From contig OZ024743.1 in NCBI GenBank assembly GCA_964016885.1, positions 2,294,001-2,358,000 of the forward strand: 64,000 nt of DNA, in the 5' to 3' direction. The notes beneath the pieces are model-generated. The model was given only the letters and a program-made list of their open reading frames with translations. It did not search any database and had not been told where the DNA came from. The translations under genes and the position numbers were made by a program. Positions 1-11,224 of the stretch are shown in pieces (the stretch's first letter is position 1; every line of letters starts with the position of its first letter). Source of the stretch: Eledone cirrhosa. Lineage: Eukaryota.

Positions 1-667
1 TGAGGACATGTTCATACAGTTGCTCGGCCTAGTAGAATTAGCAGCTAAATGACCCTCAATTCATAGTCTACCATATTTTTTTTAAAAAGGGGCATATTAG
101 ATAGTTTTGGGACCGAGATATATTTATCATCATCATTATCACCTTCATCGTTTAAGGTCTGCTTTCCCTGCTAGCAAAGGTTGGAAAGATAATGAGTAGT
201 GCTTTTCGTAATTTTTGGCAGGGATTTTTCTGGATGGATGCCCTTCCTATCACCAACCACCTTACAGCATGGGCTGTGTTCATTTTATCATGCCACCAAC
301 ACAAGAGATATTGTCTGGGAGGACTTAAGGGTCCTATCTACCCTGTATCAGTATTTTTTCAGAGAGGTTCCTCTCCTAGATAGGTTGCCTTCTCTAGAGC
401 TTATGGAGCCTGTATCTACCCAATACTACATCTGAAGGAAAAAAATGTGTGGTCATATCTCAGAAAACCTTTTTGATTATAGGTCAACTTTGGCTGACCT
501 GGAGGTGAATCACAACAATGATGACAACAACAACAACTGCAGAGAAATCTCCATCTTTCTTTTCTTATGATCATTATTTAGAGACCAAACAAATAAAAAT
601 CTGGTTTCATTTCATGTACCTGTGTGTGTGTGTGTGTGTGTTAACTTATACTCTAAGGACAAGCACC

Positions 668-2335
668 CATTGGTATTGTTGTTATATAACCCTAGGTCAA
701 CCTTGAACCAACATTGGTATTGTTGTTATATAACCCTAGGTCAACCTTGAACCAACATTGGTATTGTTGTTATATAACCCTAGGTCAACCTTGAACCAAC
801 ATTGGTATTGTTGTTATATAACCCTAGGTCAACCTTGAACCAACATTGGTATTGTTGTTATATAACCCTAGGTCAACCCTGAACCAACATTGGTATTGTT
901 GTTATATAACCCTAGGTCAACCTTGAACCAACATTGGTATTGTTGTTATATAACCCTAGGTCAACCTTGAACCAACATTGGTATTGTTGTTATATAACCC
1001 TAGGTCAACCTTGAACCAACATTGGTATTGTTGTTATATAACCCTAGGTCAACCTTGAACCAACATTGGTATTGTTGTTATATAACCCTAGGTCAACCCT
1101 GAACCAACATTGGTATTGTTGTTATATAACCCTAGGTCAACCTTGAACCAACATTGGTATTGTTGTTATATAACCCTAGGTCAACCTTGAACCAACATTG
1201 GTATTGTTGTTATATAACCCTAGGTCAACCTTGAACCAACATTGGTATTGTTGTTATATAACCCTAGGTCAACCCTGAACCAACATTGGTATTGTTGTTA
1301 TATAACCCTAGGTCAACCCTGAACCAACATTGGTATTGTTGTTATATAACCCTAGGTCAACCCTGAACCAACATTGGTATTGTTGTTATATAACCCTAGG
1401 TCAACCTTGAACCAACATTGGTATTGTTGTTATATAACCCTAGGTCAACCTTGAACCAACATTGGTATTGTTGTTATATAACCCTAGGTCAACCCTGAAC
1501 CAACATTGGTATTGTTGTTATATAACCCTAGGTCAACCTTGAACCAACATTGGTATTGTTGTTATATAACCCTAGGTCAAACCTGAACCAACACTGGTAT
1601 TGTTATATAACCCTAGGTCAGCCTTGAACCAACACTGGTATTGTTTTATAACCCTAGGTCAACCCTGAACCAACATTGGTATTGTTGTTATATAACCCTA
1701 GGTCAACCCTGAACCAACATTGGTATTGTTGTTATATAACCCTAGGTCAACCCTGAACCAACATAGGTATTGTTGTTATATAACCCTAGGTCAACCCTGA
1801 ACCAACATTGGTATTGTTGTTATATAACCCTAGGTCAACCTTGAACCAACATTGGTATTGTTGTTATATAACCCTAGGTCAACCTTGAACCAACATTGGT
1901 ATTGTTGTTATATAACCCTAGGTCAACCTTGAACCAACATTGGTATTGTTGTTATATAACCCTAGGTCAACCCTGAACCAACATTGGTATTGTTGTTATA
2001 TAACCCTAGGTCAACCTTGAACCAACATTGGTATTGTTGTTATATAACCCTAGGTCAACCCTGAACAAACATTGGTATTGTTGTTATATAACCCTAGGTC
2101 AACCCTGAACCAACATTGGTATTGTTGTTATATAACCCTAGGTCAACCCTGAACCAACATAGGTATTGTTGTTATATAACCCTAGGTCAACCCTGAACCA
2201 ACATAGGTATTGTTGTTATATAACCCTAGGTCAACCTTGAACCAACACTGGTATTGTTTTATAACCCTAGGTCAGCCTTGAACCAACACTCATTGGTATT
2301 GTTGCTATATAACCCTAAGTGAACCCTGAACCAAT
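668..2335. repeat. 44-bp minisatellite, ~38 copies
   Basis: Unit CATTGGTATTGTTGTTATATAACCCTAGGTCAACC(T/C)TGAACCAA with period 44 (668, 712, ...); it degenerates at the right end into SINE-like sequence. Confidence 0.97.
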
Positions 2336-2499
2336 ACATCTAGGACCATTCCAGTCATGATGGCCCATGTACTACTTTCTCTCAGTTAAAATATGTCCAG
2401 GAAAGATGATAGTGTGTGATTTAGAGGAAATTTGAAACCTGGTATAACATTGATGTAAGGTTTCTGTGTTGATAGTGCAGTAGATTGAAGTGGTTATAG

Positions 2500-2970
2500 T
2501 AGTCAGAGGTGAAATGGGAGAAGTAGTTCATGTTTGAGAGGGAAGGTATAGTGGTCCATTGACATGGTGGTGGTGATGTGATTGGTGGAAGTTAGGAGGG
2601 GGGGGGGTGCACTGACATGATTATGGTGGTGGTAATGGTGGTGATAGGGTGTGTTTGTGGATTGGGAGGATAAAGTGTTCTCTTGACACAGCAGTAGTGA
2701 TGGTAATGGTGGTGTGTTTGGTGGAAGTGGTGGTGGTGGTGATGGTGTTCCTGCATTTTGTGGAAGGGAGATTGTACATTGCTTTCCTGGTGTGGTGGTG
2801 GTGGTGTATTTGGTGGAAGTGGCATGTTTGGCAGAGGTGGTGTGTTTCTGAAGTTGTAGAGGGAAATGTAAATGGTAGTGATAATGGCATTGAATGATCC
2901 AAGAGTGTTCCAATAACCACAATTGTGATTGATGATGATGATGGTGGTGGTAGTGGTGGTGGTTGGTAGA
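2500..2970. repeat. Degenerate (GGT/GTG)n low-complexity tract
   Basis: Runs of ggtggtggt/gatgat; source of spurious His/Thr/Val ORFs. Confidence 0.85.
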
Positions 2971-3289
2971 GCATCTGAGTCATGTTTCTACTGACCTTTA
3001 TACATTAAAGCCTGACATGGCCTAATTTATGCTAGATTTGTTGTTGTTGTTTTTAGGGCAGGATTTATAGTATATTGGAGTGAGTGCATGGTACAGGAAG
3101 TAAGGAAGGAGGAAGTATAGAGCTTGTCACACTTGGAATAGAATAGACATATTGTGTGACTTGATTATATCTTGGATTTAAATAATACATACACTGTCTA
3201 TAATACATGATCTATAACAACAATAACATTGTTTTCTAGAGAAAAGAGGGAACACATATGTGATTGCTCACTCTACTGGAAATAGCTGT

Positions 3290-3525
3290 ATAGAGAGAGG
3301 GGGATATATAGTGAGCGAGAATGGGGGGAATATGGAAAGAGAGAGAAAGTGAGGTAGGTAAGGAGTGGCAGGGAGATAAGAGGAGGAACAGAGAGAGGGG
3401 AGAAAATGAACAGAGAGAGAGAGGAAGTGAGGGTAGGAGAAACAAGAAGATAGAGAGTGAGAGAGGAAGAAAGAGGAAGAGGGAGAGAAGATGAGAGAGA
3501 GAGAGTGTATGTGGGAGAGAAGAAC
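3290..3525. repeat. Purine-rich (GA)n low-complexity tract
   Basis: gagaga/gaggaa runs. Confidence 0.85.
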
Positions 3526-3529
3526 TAAC

Positions 3530-3790
3530 TCTCAGTACAAGACTATACTTCATTGACTCTGAAAAGATGAAAGGCAAAGTTGACCTTAGCAGAATTTAAA
3601 CTCAGAGTGCAGAGAGCTGGAACATAATACTACAAGGCACTCTGTCCAAAACATTAACAATTATTCCAACTGAGGAGACTGGAGCAATGTGAAATAAAGT
3701 GTCTTGCTCAAGAACATAATGCAATGTCAGGAATCAAAATCATGGCCTTATGATTGTAAACTGAACACCTTAACCCCTAAGCTATGTATC
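3530..3790 (-). mobile_element. Two adjacent decayed tRNA-derived SINE fragments
   Basis: GATGAAAGGCAAAGTTGACC...GAATTTAAACTCAG matches the family at 62625-62821; CTGGAGCAATGTGAAATAAAGTGTCTTGCTCAAG matches the head of the family at 24295. Confidence 0.7.
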
Positions 3791-3963
3791 TTCACTATTA
3801 ATAATTCTTTCTAATTTAGGTACAAGGCCATCAAATTTGGGGGTAGAGCAAACTTGATTAAATCAACTGACTTATATTTTATTTTACTAATCTGGGAAAG
3901 ATGATAATAATGAACTCATCATTTTGTAAGAGCACACAGCTTTAACCTTTTAGCATTTACATT

Positions 3964-6553
3964 AAGAAATGAAGAAGGAGTGAGACTTCTTGAATTTTGT
4001 GATGCAAGTACATTGACTATTTGCAACACAAACTTCCAGAAACCTGCCAATCACCTAATAACCTACAAATCTGGTGAGCACATAAGCCAGATTGACTTCC
4101 TGCTAGTTAGGCAGCGGGACAGGCAGATAGTGTCTAATACCAAGGCATACCCTGGGGAAGAATGTACCCCACAGCATAGGTTAGTTGTTAGTGATATCTC
4201 AGTAAGCAAGAGATGGAATGAGACATATAGGAAGGTGTGGAGAAGAAAGGTCTGGAAGCTAAAAGACCTTTCATTAAAATTCAAATTTAGGAAAGCCCTT
4301 CAAGATGTATATGACGAAAAAGAAGACGATTTAGAGACGTATGACATAGATAATAACTGGAAGTTCTTACGTGACAACTTGCTGAAGGCTACTGATGAAA
4401 CCTGTGGCTGGAGCAGAGCTCCAACCAGACAGAGAGTGACCTGGTGGTGGAACAGCAGTGTAGATAAGGCTATTAGAGACAAAAGACTAGCATGGAAGGC
4501 TTGGAATAAGGGTGGGAGTAGGGAAGAATATACAGCCACTAAGAGAGAAGCTAGACGTCAGGTGTACTTAGCACGCAGGGAGGCAGAGAGTAGGAGGTTT
4601 GCCAATGTTCTGCGACGGGAAGATCAGAGGCGTGCGGTGTTCCACATTGCAAGGCAGTGTGTCAATGCAAATCAGGATGTTGTTGGTGATAAATGTGTCC
4701 GGGATGATGCCGGTGTACTTAGTGTCACGAATGACCAGAAAAAGGAGGCCTGGAAATGTCATTATGAGAGACTGATGAATGTGGAGAACGAATGGGAGAG
4801 AGAGAAATTACCCTTGGTAGATCCGACAGAGGGACCAGCTATTGAGATTGACGAATATAGGGTCCAAGAGGCGATTAGGGAAATGAAAAATGGTAAGGCG
4901 GCCGGACCATCGGGAATAGTTGCTGAGATGCTGAAGGCATCAGGGGACGTAGGCACTAAACTGGTTGCACGCATAATCAATCAGGTTATATATGGTGGTG
5001 TCATACCCAAAGACTGGTGCAGCAGTATTCTCATAAATTGCTACAAAGGTAAAGGGGATGCTTTGGAGAGGAGCAATTATAGGGGTATAAAACTGATAGA
5101 TCAGGTTATGAAAGTGGCAGAAAGGATTTTAGCACAACTAATTAGAGAAAGGGTCAAACTAGATGAGATGCAGTTTGGTTTTGTGCCTGGGAAGAGTACA
5201 ACAGATGCCCTCTTCTTGGTGAGACAAATGCAAGAGAGGTTCTTAGAGAAGAATAAGCCACTATACTTAGCCTTTGTTGACCTAGAGAAGGCCTTTGATA
5301 GGGTACCCCGATCTGTCATCTGGTGGTCCCTAAGGAAGCTGGGTGTTGAGGAATGGCTTGTAAGGACAGTGCAAACTTTGTACAGAGGTACTCTCAGTAA
5401 AGTCAGGGTAGGAATGGAGTTTAGTGAGGAATTCCAGATACAAGTAGGAGTACATCAGGGTTCGGTCCTCAGCCCGCTCTTGTTCATTATAGTCCTCCAA
5501 GCCATAACAGAGGAGTTTAAGACTGGCTGTCCATGGGAACTTCTCTATGCTGACGATCTGGCTCTTATGGCAGAATCAGTAGAGGAGCTAGAGAATAAAT
5601 TCCGGCTATGGAAACAGCAGTTGGAAGCAAGAGGACTGAGAGTAAATCTAGCTAAGACAAAAGTGTTGATGAGTAGAAAAGAGGACAAAACCCTGATTCC
5701 GTCAGGGAAATGGCCATGTTCGATATGCAGAAAAGGAACTGGCATAAATTCTATAAAATGCACACAATGTAGGTCCTGGGTACACAAGAGATGTAGCGGG
5801 ATAGCAGGCAAACTAACAGGTAGGGAGAAATATGTATGCAGTAGATGTACAGGGAAGTTAGACAGTAGAAGTCGCACTGATAGACACATTTTTCAAATGC
5901 GAGAGGGCGCTATAGAAGTGGTGGATAGCTTCCGGTACCTAGGAGATCAGATTAGCATGGGAGGAGGGTGTTCCGAGGCCATAGTATCTAGAATAAGGAC
6001 GGGTTGGAAGAAGTTTAGGGAGCTGCTTCCTCTGTTGACGAAGAAGGGTTTCTCCCTGCGTACGAAAGGCCGGTTGTATGATGCCTGTGTGAGGAGCGCG
6101 ATGCTGCATGGTAGTGAGACATGGGCAGCTACCGCAGAAGATATGCGACGGCTGGAGAGAAATGAGGCAAGCATGCTCCGTTGGATGTGCAGTGTAAATG
6201 TGCGTGAACGACCCAGCATAAATGTGTTGAGAGAGAAACTGTGTCTGAGAGGGATAGAATGTAGTGTACGGGAGAGGAGACTGAGGTGGTATGGACATGT
6301 GATGCGCATGGAGGATGACCGATGGGTGAAGAAGTGCCAGGAAATGCCAGTTGAAGGAAGACGTGGTAGAGGTAGACCACGAAAAACATGGGCGGAGGTG
6401 GTGAGAACAGACCTCAGATCATTGAAGCTCACGGTGGAGATGACGAGGGACCGTGACGAGTGGAGAGATGCTGTGCTGAATAAGACCCGTCCCACCCTTG
6501 CAAGCAGGGAAAAGCGGACGTAAAATGATGATGATGATGATAATGATGATGAT
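3964..6553 (+). mobile_element. RTE-clade LINE family A, 5'-truncated
   Basis: Begins inside the APE domain (RNEEGVRLLEFC); ends CCCGTCCCACCCTTGCAAGCAGGGAAAAGCGGACGTAAA followed by an (ATG)n tail. Confidence 0.95.
3980..6523 (+). CDS. RTE ORF (APE C-terminal part + reverse transcriptase with C4HC3 insertion); uninterrupted but lacking its N-terminus
   Basis: 847 aa open frame with [54 protein letters not shown] and RGRPRKTW. Confidence 0.9.
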   Translation: MRLLEFCDASTLTICNTNFQKPANHLITYKSGEHISQIDFLLVRQRDRQIVSNTKAYPGEECTPQHRLVVSDISVSKRWNETYRKVWRRKVWKLKDLSLKFKFRKALQDVYDEKEDDLETYDIDNNWKFLRDNLLKATDETCGWSRAPTRQRVTWWWNSSVDKAIRDKRLAWKAWNKGGSREEYTATKREARRQVYLARREAESRRFANVLRREDQRRAVFHIARQCVNANQDVVGDKCVRDDAGVLSVTNDQKKEAWKCHYERLMNVENEWEREKLPLVDPTEGPAIEIDEYRVQEAIREMKNGKAAGPSGIVAEMLKASGDVGTKLVARIINQVIYGGVIPKDWCSSILINCYKGKGDALERSNYRGIKLIDQVMKVAERILAQLIRERVKLDEMQFGFVPGKSTTDALFLVRQMQERFLEKNKPLYLAFVDLEKAFDRVPRSVIWWSLRKLGVEEWLVRTVQTLYRGTLSKVRVGMEFSEEFQIQVGVHQGSVLSPLLFIIVLQAITEEFKTGCPWELLYADDLALMAESVEELENKFRLWKQQLEARGLRVNLAKTKVLMSRKEDKTLIPSGKWPCSICRKGTGINSIKCTQCRSWVHKRCSGIAGKLTGREKYVCSRCTGKLDSRSRTDRHIFQMREGAIEVVDSFRYLGDQISMGGGCSEAIVSRIRTGWKKFRELLPLLTKKGFSLRTKGRLYDACVRSAMLHGSETWAATAEDMRRLERNEASMLRWMCSVNVRERPSINVLREKLCLRGIECSVRERRLRWYGHVMRMEDDRWVKKCQEMPVEGRRGRGRPRKTWAEVVRTDLRSLKLTVEMTRDRDEWRDAVLNKTRPTLASREKRT

Positions 6554-7014
6554 TACTCTGTATTTGCTATTGTATTTTCGCAGTAGAGGCTTTACCTCAC
6601 ATAATATCAAATCTATGAGATTTTGATATTATCTATTTTGAGAACAATACCTTAACATTAGTATGAGTGTCCAGTTACGGCCAGTTTAAACAGAAAGAGG
6701 TGAGAGAATTCTGGCCAGATATGGCTGGTTTAAATCCTAAAGGGTTAATCAGTCAGTACAAATTCAATGGCTTATTGTATTCACTTGTTCCTGCCAGCAA
6801 CACCACTGAGATCACTTCATTTAGTGATCAAGATTTTACACATATACCAGCTAATCAAATGCAACCAACTGCTTTTCTGGAATGTTCAAGATATGAAAGA
6901 GGAAATATAAATTGAACTAAGAAATTTTGAAATAAACTAAGTAGTTGTGGAGTGTTTTAGATAAGGTGGGGATGTGGGGGTGTGCTGTTACTGTTTTCTC
7001 CTATGATTAATAAT

Positions 7015-7240
7015 TAACTCTTAACATCCTGTAATGATTTCTAGAAAATATCTAAACACAGGTTTGTTAATTCAAATGTTTATAGTACTTTTACTAGTGG
7101 ACAGATCGTTTTTGAACATTTGTAGGATTAAATCTTAACATATTGTAATAATTTAACTGAAAAGATCTAAAAATAAATATAATCAAATGTTTACAGAATC
7201 TTTGCTTGTGAGCATATCGTTGTGAACATTTGCAATATTA
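7015..7240 (+). repeat. Degenerate ~110-bp-subunit interspersed repeat (also ~14990-15460 + and ~17450-17940 -)
   Basis: Recurrent TTCAAATGTTTATAGTA..TACTAGTGGACAGAT.GTTGTGAACATT motif. Confidence 0.6.
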
Positions 7241-7826
7241 AGGTAGCAGTTTTAATTTTTAATGTGATGCAGTCGTAGAACTGTTTTGTACTTTTTAATA
7301 ATGTCATGATAATGTGGTTTCAATGTGTTGACTTTATTTAAGAAAAGCAAACAAAATGAAAATTCAACTTGCTAAAAATTAGCTGTCAATTCTCCCTCAA
7401 TTCAGACCCTACCAACTTTGAAAATGATACACTGAGCAATGTAGTCCTAGATTCATTTTGTTTGAAAGAAAAAGACTAGAGGGTCATTGTTGAATGATCT
7501 TTAACCATAGGCTTGGTTGATCAGGACTATTCTGAGGCTAAACAAGCACAACAACAACATCTTAGCCCTTTTGTGGCCACATTTCTAATATGGAATATGC
7601 TGTATTTGAATTAACTAATGAAGAATTTGGAGAGATTTACTAAAATTAATAATCATTTCATTTTTAAACTGGTATTTCTAACATAACCTATCAAAATGGT
7701 TCTTATATCAATTATGTTGGAAAATTATGATTTAGATATGAACTCTTGTGTGGGTGGGTTTGTCTCATAAAACCAGGCAAAGTTTTGGGTGGGTTAGTCA
7801 GAAAAGAATAAATTCCATCAAACAGA

Positions 7827-8042
7827 TTAACACTTTTGTATTTATATTACTCTATATTTACTATTGTATTTTCACAGTAAACATTTTACCTCACATAATA
7901 TTGAATCTATAAGATTTTGATATTATTTATTTTGAGAACAATACCTTAACATCGGTATGAGAAAGCGGTTACGGCCGGTTTGAACAGAACGAGGTGAGAG
8001 AATTCTGGCTAGATACGGCTGGTTTAAATGCTAAAGGGTTAA
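7827..8042. mobile_element. piggyBac-type MITE copy
   Basis: TTAA...TAAATGCTAAAGGGTTAA; body matches the other copies. Confidence 0.8.
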
Positions 8043-8346
8043 ATGAATGTGTAACATCTCAGAATCTCTCCAATGAGTGTTGAACTTCTCACTGAGTTAT
8101 GTGTTCTGTTAAGGATTATGTTGCTTTTTCAAAACAAGTTATAAAGAAAAAGAGAAGTTTGAAGTGTAAACTGGAATTGCAACTACACCTTCTTCAGTTG
8201 TTTAGCAACATAGCTCACAATAACAACTTACTCATATTCTGAATAAACACCAATTGACATAGAAGATATTACCAGCAAAAAAATTACTAACAAAAGTTAT
8301 GCATAATAGGTGTGTCCCATAGTAACATACAGCATGTCTTAGATAT

Positions 8347-8579
8347 TTAACTCTTTAACATTTAAACCAGCCGTATCTGGCCAGAATTTTCTCACCTCTT
8401 TCTATTCAAACTGGCCATAACCAGCTGATCATACAGATGTTAAGGTATTGTTCTCAAAATAAATAATATCAAAATCTCGTCGATTTGATATTATGTGAGA
8501 TATTTATGCGAGATAAAGAAAGCCTTTAATATAAAAATATAATAGTAAATATAGAGTAACATAAATGCTAAAGGGTTAA
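8347..8579. mobile_element. piggyBac-type MITE copy (opposite orientation)
   Basis: TTAACTCTTTAACATTTA...TAAATGCTAAAGGGTTAA. Confidence 0.85.
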
Positions 8580-8814
8580 ACCTGGTGGAGCCCATCTCTC
8601 TCTTATCTGATCAAAGGCATTCTAGTAGATATTTAAATAAATTAAACATTTTTCTGAACTACATATTTCTCATATTTCTGCTGTGATATTCTATGCTTAA
8701 TCATTTTATTACCATATGTCCTTAGCCTTTTGTTAACATATTTCTAATCAAAAACACTGCTTCTCATTAAGCCTTTCATTAGCATATTTCTAATGAAAGA
8801 GACTGCTTACGTGA

Positions 8815-9307
8815 TTAACCCTTTCAATACTATACTTCTAATGAAAAACACTTGAAAATAATCAAGAATTTTGTAGGTTTTAGTAATATAACTAACTTTT
8901 TCAATATTAAGGTGGTGTTTCGAACATAACTTAATGAATATTTTTACATAAAATATATGATGGAATATGATGGAATGTTTTACAATAAATATAAGTACTT
9001 TAACCCTTTAGCATTTACATTACTATATATACTATTATATATAATACTATTATATTTACTATTATATTTTCACGGTAAAGGCTTTTTACCTCACATAATT
9101 ATCTCACATAATATCAAATCTATGAGATTTTGATATTTATTTTGAGAACAATACCTTAACATCAGTGTGAGTGGCCAGTTACAGCTGATTTGAACAGACA
9201 GAGGTGAGAGAATTCTGGCCGGATACAGCCGGCTTAAATGCTAAAGGGTTAAAATATCTTTGTATCATAAAACCAGTTTTCAGCTGGTTTCATTTGAAAA
9301 GGGTTAA
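8815..9307. mobile_element. Second TTAA-CCCTTT MITE family, hosting a nested MITE
   Basis: TTAACCCTTTC...GAAAAGGGTTAA ends; related bodies end at ~14697 and occur at ~16839-17070. Confidence 0.65.
9000..9252. mobile_element. piggyBac-type MITE nested at a TTAA
   Basis: Perfect TIR CCCTTTAGCATT/AATGCTAAAGGG with TTAA on both sides. Confidence 0.9.
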
Positions 9308-9681
9308 TGCATTATGTAGAATATTTTTTCCCATACCTTAGTCTTCTATTTTAATGTTATTAGACATTTTATTCAGGTGTTTCAGACAGTGGACACCTGT
9401 CACTTTCTATGTCTTCCTTCTTTACTAAAACAACTTGTTTGCTTCTACTAAACCCATGTTAATACAATATTATGAAGACATTGAAGATGACAGTGGTTGT
9501 GATGGTTTTGGTAGTGGTGGAGGTGGTGTTACACCATTACCACCATCATATTCTCCACCACCACCATGCTTTAATAAAACAGGTAAGGTGCAAGTGAACT
9601 AGTACAACTTACTATAACTATTCAATGTGCATATATATACATACATACCCATACTTACATACACATACATATATACATTAC

Positions 9682-9687
<6 letters not shown>

Positions 9688-9755
<68 letters not shown>

Positions 9756-9756
9756 A
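9688..9756. repeat. (TG)n / (TATG)n microsatellite
   Basis: Seen directly. Confidence 0.95.
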
Positions 9757-9760
9757 TTAT

Positions 9761-10600
9761 GTCAGGTCACCAGTTGGTGCTACTGATAACATGTATCCCA
9801 GTACAACCTGTCTCATGGTCGGGTCGTTGGCGACTAAACTGGCAACCCCACCAAGGTTTCTTGGTGAGGGGGGTGACTTTGGACATCCTGCAGGACTAAA
9901 AACAAAACCTGTCAAAGGGCAAAGGAGCTCTTAAGAGTCAATGGCCATCCAAAATCACCGGGAGAGATGACCCCTTAGCCTTTGTCAAGGCAGAATTCTA
10001 GGAGAAGGAAAACTCTGATATAACACCTGCAACTCTGATGGTATCCAATGATGTTGACTTGTTCTTCTTTTTGGTAAATATCATCTTGGTTAAGAGAGTG
10101 GGATTGGCTTTGTGCAGTGCCTTTGCTCACTATAAAAGCTTCACGGCACAGGCATTGCTTTATATCTGGAGATCTCTCTGCACTTGTCGTTACATGGTAC
10201 CATGGGCCCAGCACTATGTGTCAATAATTGTCACAAGTGTAGTGTTTGTACCAGAGTTTTCAAGTCGCTGGCTGGACTAAAAAGTCACACTCGTTCAGCG
10301 CATCGGTAGGGGTTCTCCTACATGGATATAAAGTAGTGGCCGTACTCGAAAATGAGTTAGCAGCCACCATGTATGTATGTATGTATGTATGTGTATATGT
10401 ATGTATATGTGTATATATGTATCTATGTATGTATGTATGTATATATATATGGATGTATGTATGTATATGTGTATGTATGTATGTAATGTATGTATGTATG
10501 TATGTATGTATGTATGTATGTATGTATGTATGTATGTATGTATGTATGTATGTATGTATGTATGTATGTATGTATGTATGTATGTATGTATGTATATATA
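9761..10600 (+). mobile_element. Internally deleted (bipartite) RTE element: 5' UTR joined to the 3' end, with an (ATGT)n tail
   Basis: RTE-like 5' UTR motif CTAGGAGAAGGAAAACTCTGAT (homologous to ~23575-23730 minus) joined at ~10137 to a C-terminal Zn-finger remnant CSVCTRVFKSLAGLKSH and a ~230-bp (ATGT)n tail. Confidence 0.6.
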
Positions 10601-10604
10601 TATG

Positions 10605-10831
10605 TTCACGGCACAGGCATTGCTTTATATCTGAAGATCTCTCTGCACTTGTCGTCACATGGTACCATGGGCCCAGCACTATGTGTCAATAGTTGTCACA
10701 AGTGTAGTGTTTATGCCAGAGTTTTCAAGTCGCTGGCTGGACTAAAAAGTCACGCTCGTTAGGGGTTTTCCTACATGGATATAAAGTAGTGGCCGTACTC
10801 GAAAACGAGTTGGCAGCCACCATGTATGTAT
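10605..10831 (+). mobile_element. Second copy of the same RTE 3' end
   Basis: Closely similar to 10140-10370 with scattered differences; CSVYARVFKSLAGLKSHAR; short ATGT tail. Confidence 0.7.
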
Positions 10832-10832
10832 A

Positions 10833-11224
10833 TACCAAGCACCCACGTGAAGCGCGAACCCAGAGACCCTCCCCTACGAGTGTCGACAAATGCCCAAAAC
10901 TCCGAGTTGGTACCATCAATGTAGGCTCAATGAAAGGAAGAGCAGGAGAAATCGTAGAAATGCTAGAGCGAAAGGAAGTTGATGTATGCTGTGTGCAAGA
11001 GACTAGATGGAGAGGAGGGTCTGCTAGAGTCCTTGTAGGAAAAAGCCAGTGCTACAAATTTTTCTGGGTGGGAAATGACGATGGGATGGGTGGTGTAGGT
11101 ATACTATTAGCTGACAAGTGGGTAGATAAAGTAATCTCAGTGTACAGGGTAAATGCAAGAATCATTAAACTCAGACTAGTCCTGAATAAGACAATTACCA
11201 CAATAATATCAGCTTACGCACCCC
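10833..11224 (+). pseudogene. N-terminal APE fragment of RTE family B
   Basis: Near-identical to ~33218-33610 (GTINVGSM, CVQETRW); has no 3' end. Confidence 0.9.

Larger units (their letters stand above)
3942..6748. mobile_element. TTAA-flanked piggyBac-type MITE (~230 bp) split by an RTE LINE insertion
   Basis: Left piece TTAACCTTTTAGCATTTACATT (3942-3963); the remainder ACTCTGTATTTGC...TAAATCCTAAAGGGTTAA resumes after the LINE tail (~6553-6748); joined, they match intact copies such as 61371-61586. Confidence 0.85.

Noticed and set aside
668-2335. 44-bp repeats as a CRISPR array
   Set aside because: Head-to-tail units with no unique spacers, no cas genes, and a eukaryotic context
4063-6495. 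Antisense ORFs overlapping the RT genes (also within 33644-36193, 37851-38666 and 56139-56954)
   Set aside because: Shadow frames of the LINE coding sequence
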